From NCBI GenBank assembly GCA_041687555.1, contig JAWLBU010000052.1, positions 1-18,045 on the forward strand: DNA of 18,045 bases, read 5' to 3'. Under the pieces are notes generated by a model. The model made no database searches. It was not told where the DNA came from and was given only the letters and a program-made list of their open reading frames with translations. Position numbers and translations under genes: made by a program. Numbering within the stretch: the stretch's first letter is position 1; the number at the start of each line of letters is the position of its first letter. Source of the DNA: Haloplasmataceae bacterium (GTDB taxonomy: Bacteria; Bacillota_I; Bacilli_A; Haloplasmatales; Haloplasmataceae). This document shows, one piece after another, positions 15,989-18,045 of this stretch.

Positions 15989-16017
15989 TTTGCATTTTTC
16001 GGCAAATTATCTTAAAA
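15989..16017 (+). promoter_or_regulatory. Sigma-A-type promoter: TTGCAT, 17-nt spacer, TAAAAT. It is the dedicated promoter of the ATPase plus HEPN-like gene pair.
   Basis: Hexamers and spacing read directly from the sequence. Confidence 0.5.
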
Positions 16018-16052
16018 TATAAGTAACAAACAAAAGGAAAGTGTGGTAGGGT

Positions 16053-17198
16053 ATGTTACTTCAATTGTCAGTGGAAAATTTTAAGTCAATTAAAAAACCC
16101 ATTGTCTTATCAATGGTAGCCGCAAAAGATGATACACATCTTTCATATCTTCATAATATAAATAATTATCAAATTTTACCATCATCACTTATTATCGGTA
16201 CGAACGGTGCGGGTAAGTCTAATCTGTTTAGAGCCATAAAATATTTACAAGCTCTATTAAAAGCCGGGAATCATGATTTATTGGTTTATCCCCATCTATT
16301 AAGCGGAGATAAATCTCCAACTAAGATTGATATTCAATTTCTGGTTAATGAAAAAAGGATTGCTTACGGTTTTGATGTGCTAAAGAATCAGGTTGTGGGC
16401 GAATATCTATATGTAATTGATGATGAGGATGAAATGGTATTTGACAGAGAAGGCGAAAACTATGAATTTGGTTCTGTCTATCAGGAAGAATTTAATAATT
16501 TAGCCAAGGAATACGGTTCATTAAAAAAGCTGTTTTTACCGATTTTAACAGAGTACTGTGATAATCATCTATTTAAAGATATCTACCGATTTTTGACAGA
16601 AAATATCTATGTGATTTTATCCGACAGCTTGGACGATACCGCTTATTTTCAGGAAGCATTGGAACAATATAGAGAAGTGGGTAATCCTGAGAGAATCAAT
16701 GAATTAATGAAGAGTATCGATATCGGTATAAATGAATTCGCATTAATTGGTAATGACATTATCGTAAAATATCGTAATATGGAAATTAATATTTTGGATG
16801 AATCCACAGGAATGAAAAAATTATTTACTTTATTAGTTTTATTAAGTGATGCCTTGAAAGACGGTAAAGTCATCTTATTTGACGAATTGGAAAGAAATCT
16901 TCACCATGCCTTTGTTTTATATTTTATTCATTTATTTAATGATCCAAAGATAAATACCAACAATGCCCAGTTAATCTTTTCGGCGCATCAGACACAATTA
17001 CTCGACCTTACGATTTTTCGGAAAGATCAGATTTGGTTTATGGATAAAGATATTAAAACAATGATGACGGAATGTTATTCATTATATAATATTGAAAATG
17101 TAAATATTTCAGAAAATGTTGAGAAAGGGTATCTTTTAGGGAAATATGGAGCTACATTCGCATTTAACCATGGTGGGGTAAAGAAGGATGAAAAATAA
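16053..17198 (+). CDS. SMC/RecF-like ABC ATPase of the AAA_21/AAA_15 (defence-associated) type, 381 aa
   Basis: N-terminal LQLSVENFKSI. Walker A GTNGAGKS (16197-16220). Signature-like DESTGMKKLFTLLVLL. Walker B ILFDELERNLH. H-loop FSAHQ. The architecture matches the stand-alone ABC ATPases of PARIS AriA, Septu PtuA and AbiL-type systems. The Shine-Dalgarno is weak. Confidence 0.8.
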   Translation: MLLQLSVENFKSIKKPIVLSMVAAKDDTHLSYLHNINNYQILPSSLIIGTNGAGKSNLFRAIKYLQALLKAGNHDLLVYPHLLSGDKSPTKIDIQFLVNEKRIAYGFDVLKNQVVGEYLYVIDDEDEMVFDREGENYEFGSVYQEEFNNLAKEYGSLKKLFLPILTEYCDNHLFKDIYRFLTENIYVILSDSLDDTAYFQEALEQYREVGNPERINELMKSIDIGINEFALIGNDIIVKYRNMEINILDESTGMKKLFTLLVLLSDALKDGKVILFDELERNLHHAFVLYFIHLFNDPKINTNNAQLIFSAHQTQLLDLTIFRKDQIWFMDKDIKTMMTECYSLYNIENVNISENVEKGYLLGKYGATFAFNHGGVKKDEK

Positions 17199-17886
17199 TC
17201 GGTTTGAATTATATAACAGAGAACAAGAAAAAAGAACGAAAAAAATTCGCTACCTTGATAAAGATGCCCAGGAAATAATTGATACCTTTAGAAATAACAT
17301 TAATCGGATTAAAAAGCAATTTAAAATTGTCGATGGCTTACAACAGCAAAATAAAAGTGAAGAAGCCAACGATATTTTACGTTTTCAAATCGTTTACGCC
17401 ATGAGTGCATTGGATTTCTTTATGCATGAATTATATGTGTTTAGTTTTCTGAAGATATTTAAGAATGAGATGCCTAAGACGGAGCGATATTTAGAATATA
17501 AAGTACCGTTGAAGTTAATAGAAAAGGCTTTATATGATGCGGAAAATATCGATACTTACTTAAAAGATGCTTTTATCGAACTTAACAGCAATTACACATT
17601 TATGTCATCTAGCAGGATTAAAGAATTATTAAACATGATCGCCGGAAATGATGAATTTAATGAAGCGGAAAGAAGATTAAAGAACAAACGTGTTATTAGA
17701 CAACATATCCGTTTGGATAATTTAATCGATCATATTTATGAAAGAAGAAATAAAATCGCTCATCAGACGGATATTAATCATGGTGAAGATGACAAAAACA
17801 TCATCACAATGGATGATGTCGAATATTATATCGATGTTATTGACAATTTTGTTGAGGAAATCTATAAAACAATATATATAAAATAA
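17188..17886 (+). CDS. Alpha-helical protein, 232 aa, with a C-terminal R-x4-H (ERRNKIAHQTD) HEPN-like motif; a putative RNase effector partner of the upstream ATPase
   Basis: It overlaps the ATPase gene by 11 nt, indicating translational coupling. A GGTGGGG Shine-Dalgarno lies 9 nt upstream. The R-N-x3-H motif (17743-17766) is followed by a polar residue and sits about 35 aa from the C-terminus, as in many HEPN families. There are no Cys or His clusters, so it is not an HNH nuclease. There is no TOPRIM-like acidic pattern. Family assignment is inferential. Confidence 0.6.
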   Translation: MKNNRFELYNREQEKRTKKIRYLDKDAQEIIDTFRNNINRIKKQFKIVDGLQQQNKSEEANDILRFQIVYAMSALDFFMHELYVFSFLKIFKNEMPKTERYLEYKVPLKLIEKALYDAENIDTYLKDAFIELNSNYTFMSSSRIKELLNMIAGNDEFNEAERRLKNKRVIRQHIRLDNLIDHIYERRNKIAHQTDINHGEDDKNIITMDDVEYYIDVIDNFVEEIYKTIYIK

Positions 17887-17915
17887 AAACGTGATAACAG
17901 TAACAATAACAAGTT

Positions 17916-17952
17916 TAGCCGGCTACTTAATAGGGCCGGTTATTTTTATTTT
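17916..17952 (+). terminator. Intrinsic terminator: TAGCCGGC-loop-GCCGGTTA plus TTTTTATTTT
   Basis: 8-bp GC-rich stem (one G-U wobble), an 11-nt loop and a T-run. It starts 30 nt after the stop at 17886. Confidence 0.65.
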
Positions 17953-18045
17953 AAAAAAGTTCTTTGTCAAATGGTGTTGGTAAATAAATTTCCAATATCC
18001 TGACTTAATAGGTTTAAGCAGAAATGCTTAGACCTTTTTGCTTAT

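Noticed and set aside
6344-16873. Other short antisense track ORFs: 6344-6568(-), 7683-7895(-), 9810-10046(-), 10741-11007(-), 11321-11611(-), 14885-15073(-), 15366-15596(-), 15509-15751(-), 16649-16873(-)
   Set aside because: All are embedded antisense in strongly supported coding genes with clear domain content. None has a ribosome-binding site.
16053-17886. Annotation of the pair as classical Septu (PtuA/PtuB) or PARIS (AriA/AriB)
   Set aside because: The second protein lacks an HNH motif; it has essentially no Cys and no H-N-H spacing. It also lacks the TOPRIM/DUF4435-like acidic signature. Only the ATPase half matches those systems, so the pair is reported as a related but distinct candidate.
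1-18045. CRISPR arrays, tRNA or rRNA genes, transposase, integrase or other mobile-element hallmarks
   Set aside because: I looked for regularly spaced direct repeats, cloverleaf-compatible tRNA motifs, and large ORFs with recombinase or transposase motifs. None was found. Intergenic regions are short and are explained by promoters and terminators.

Overview
This is an AT-rich (~30% GC) chromosomal window that most likely comes from a spore-forming, low-GC Bacillota organism; a SpoVB-like flippase, a Fer-type ferredoxin and an NfeD-flotillin operon support that. Coding density is high on both strands, with clear Shine-Dalgarno sites and many intrinsic terminators. The main features are listed below.

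- **Transport and envelope (245-3814):** an ABC-2 permease plus ATPase pair (245-1687), a double zinc-ribbon protein of unknown function (1870-2400), and a SpoVB-family MOP flippase (2489-3814).
- **c-di-GMP signalling:** a large cytoplasmic PAS/GAF-GGDEF-HD-GYP protein with an unexpected C-terminal Ig-like plus CBM-like module (3882-6470), and a membrane-anchored PAS-(S)GDEF-EAL protein (8916-11660).
- **Minus-strand cassette (6496-7504):** a 124-aa hypothetical protein followed by two unannotated, paralogous-looking small ORFs (52 and 64 aa). They are Arg/Cys/aromatic-rich with hydrophobic C-terminal tails, each has its own Shine-Dalgarno site, and each is bracketed by hairpin terminators.
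- **Housekeeping genes:** a small 4Fe-4S ferredoxin (7721-7915) and a Cof-type HAD phosphatase (7965-8768).
- **Unknown gene pair:** a 264-aa cytoplasmic protein and a 368-aa membrane-anchored protein (11730-13781).
- **NfeD-flotillin (FloT-like) operon:** 13900-15935.
- **Candidate defence module (16053-17886):** at the 3' end, under its own promoter and terminator, a translationally coupled pair. It is an SMC/RecF-like ABC ATPase of the AAA_21/AAA_15 type followed by a 232-aa alpha-helical protein with a C-terminal R-x4-H motif of HEPN type. This looks like an ATPase-plus-nuclease phage-defence pair, in the style of PARIS, Septu or AbiL, but with a HEPN-like effector. I consider it the best candidate for an undescribed system in this window.

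No rRNA, tRNA, CRISPR array, integrase or transposase was recognised. All family assignments rest on motifs I read from the translations. No database search was run.
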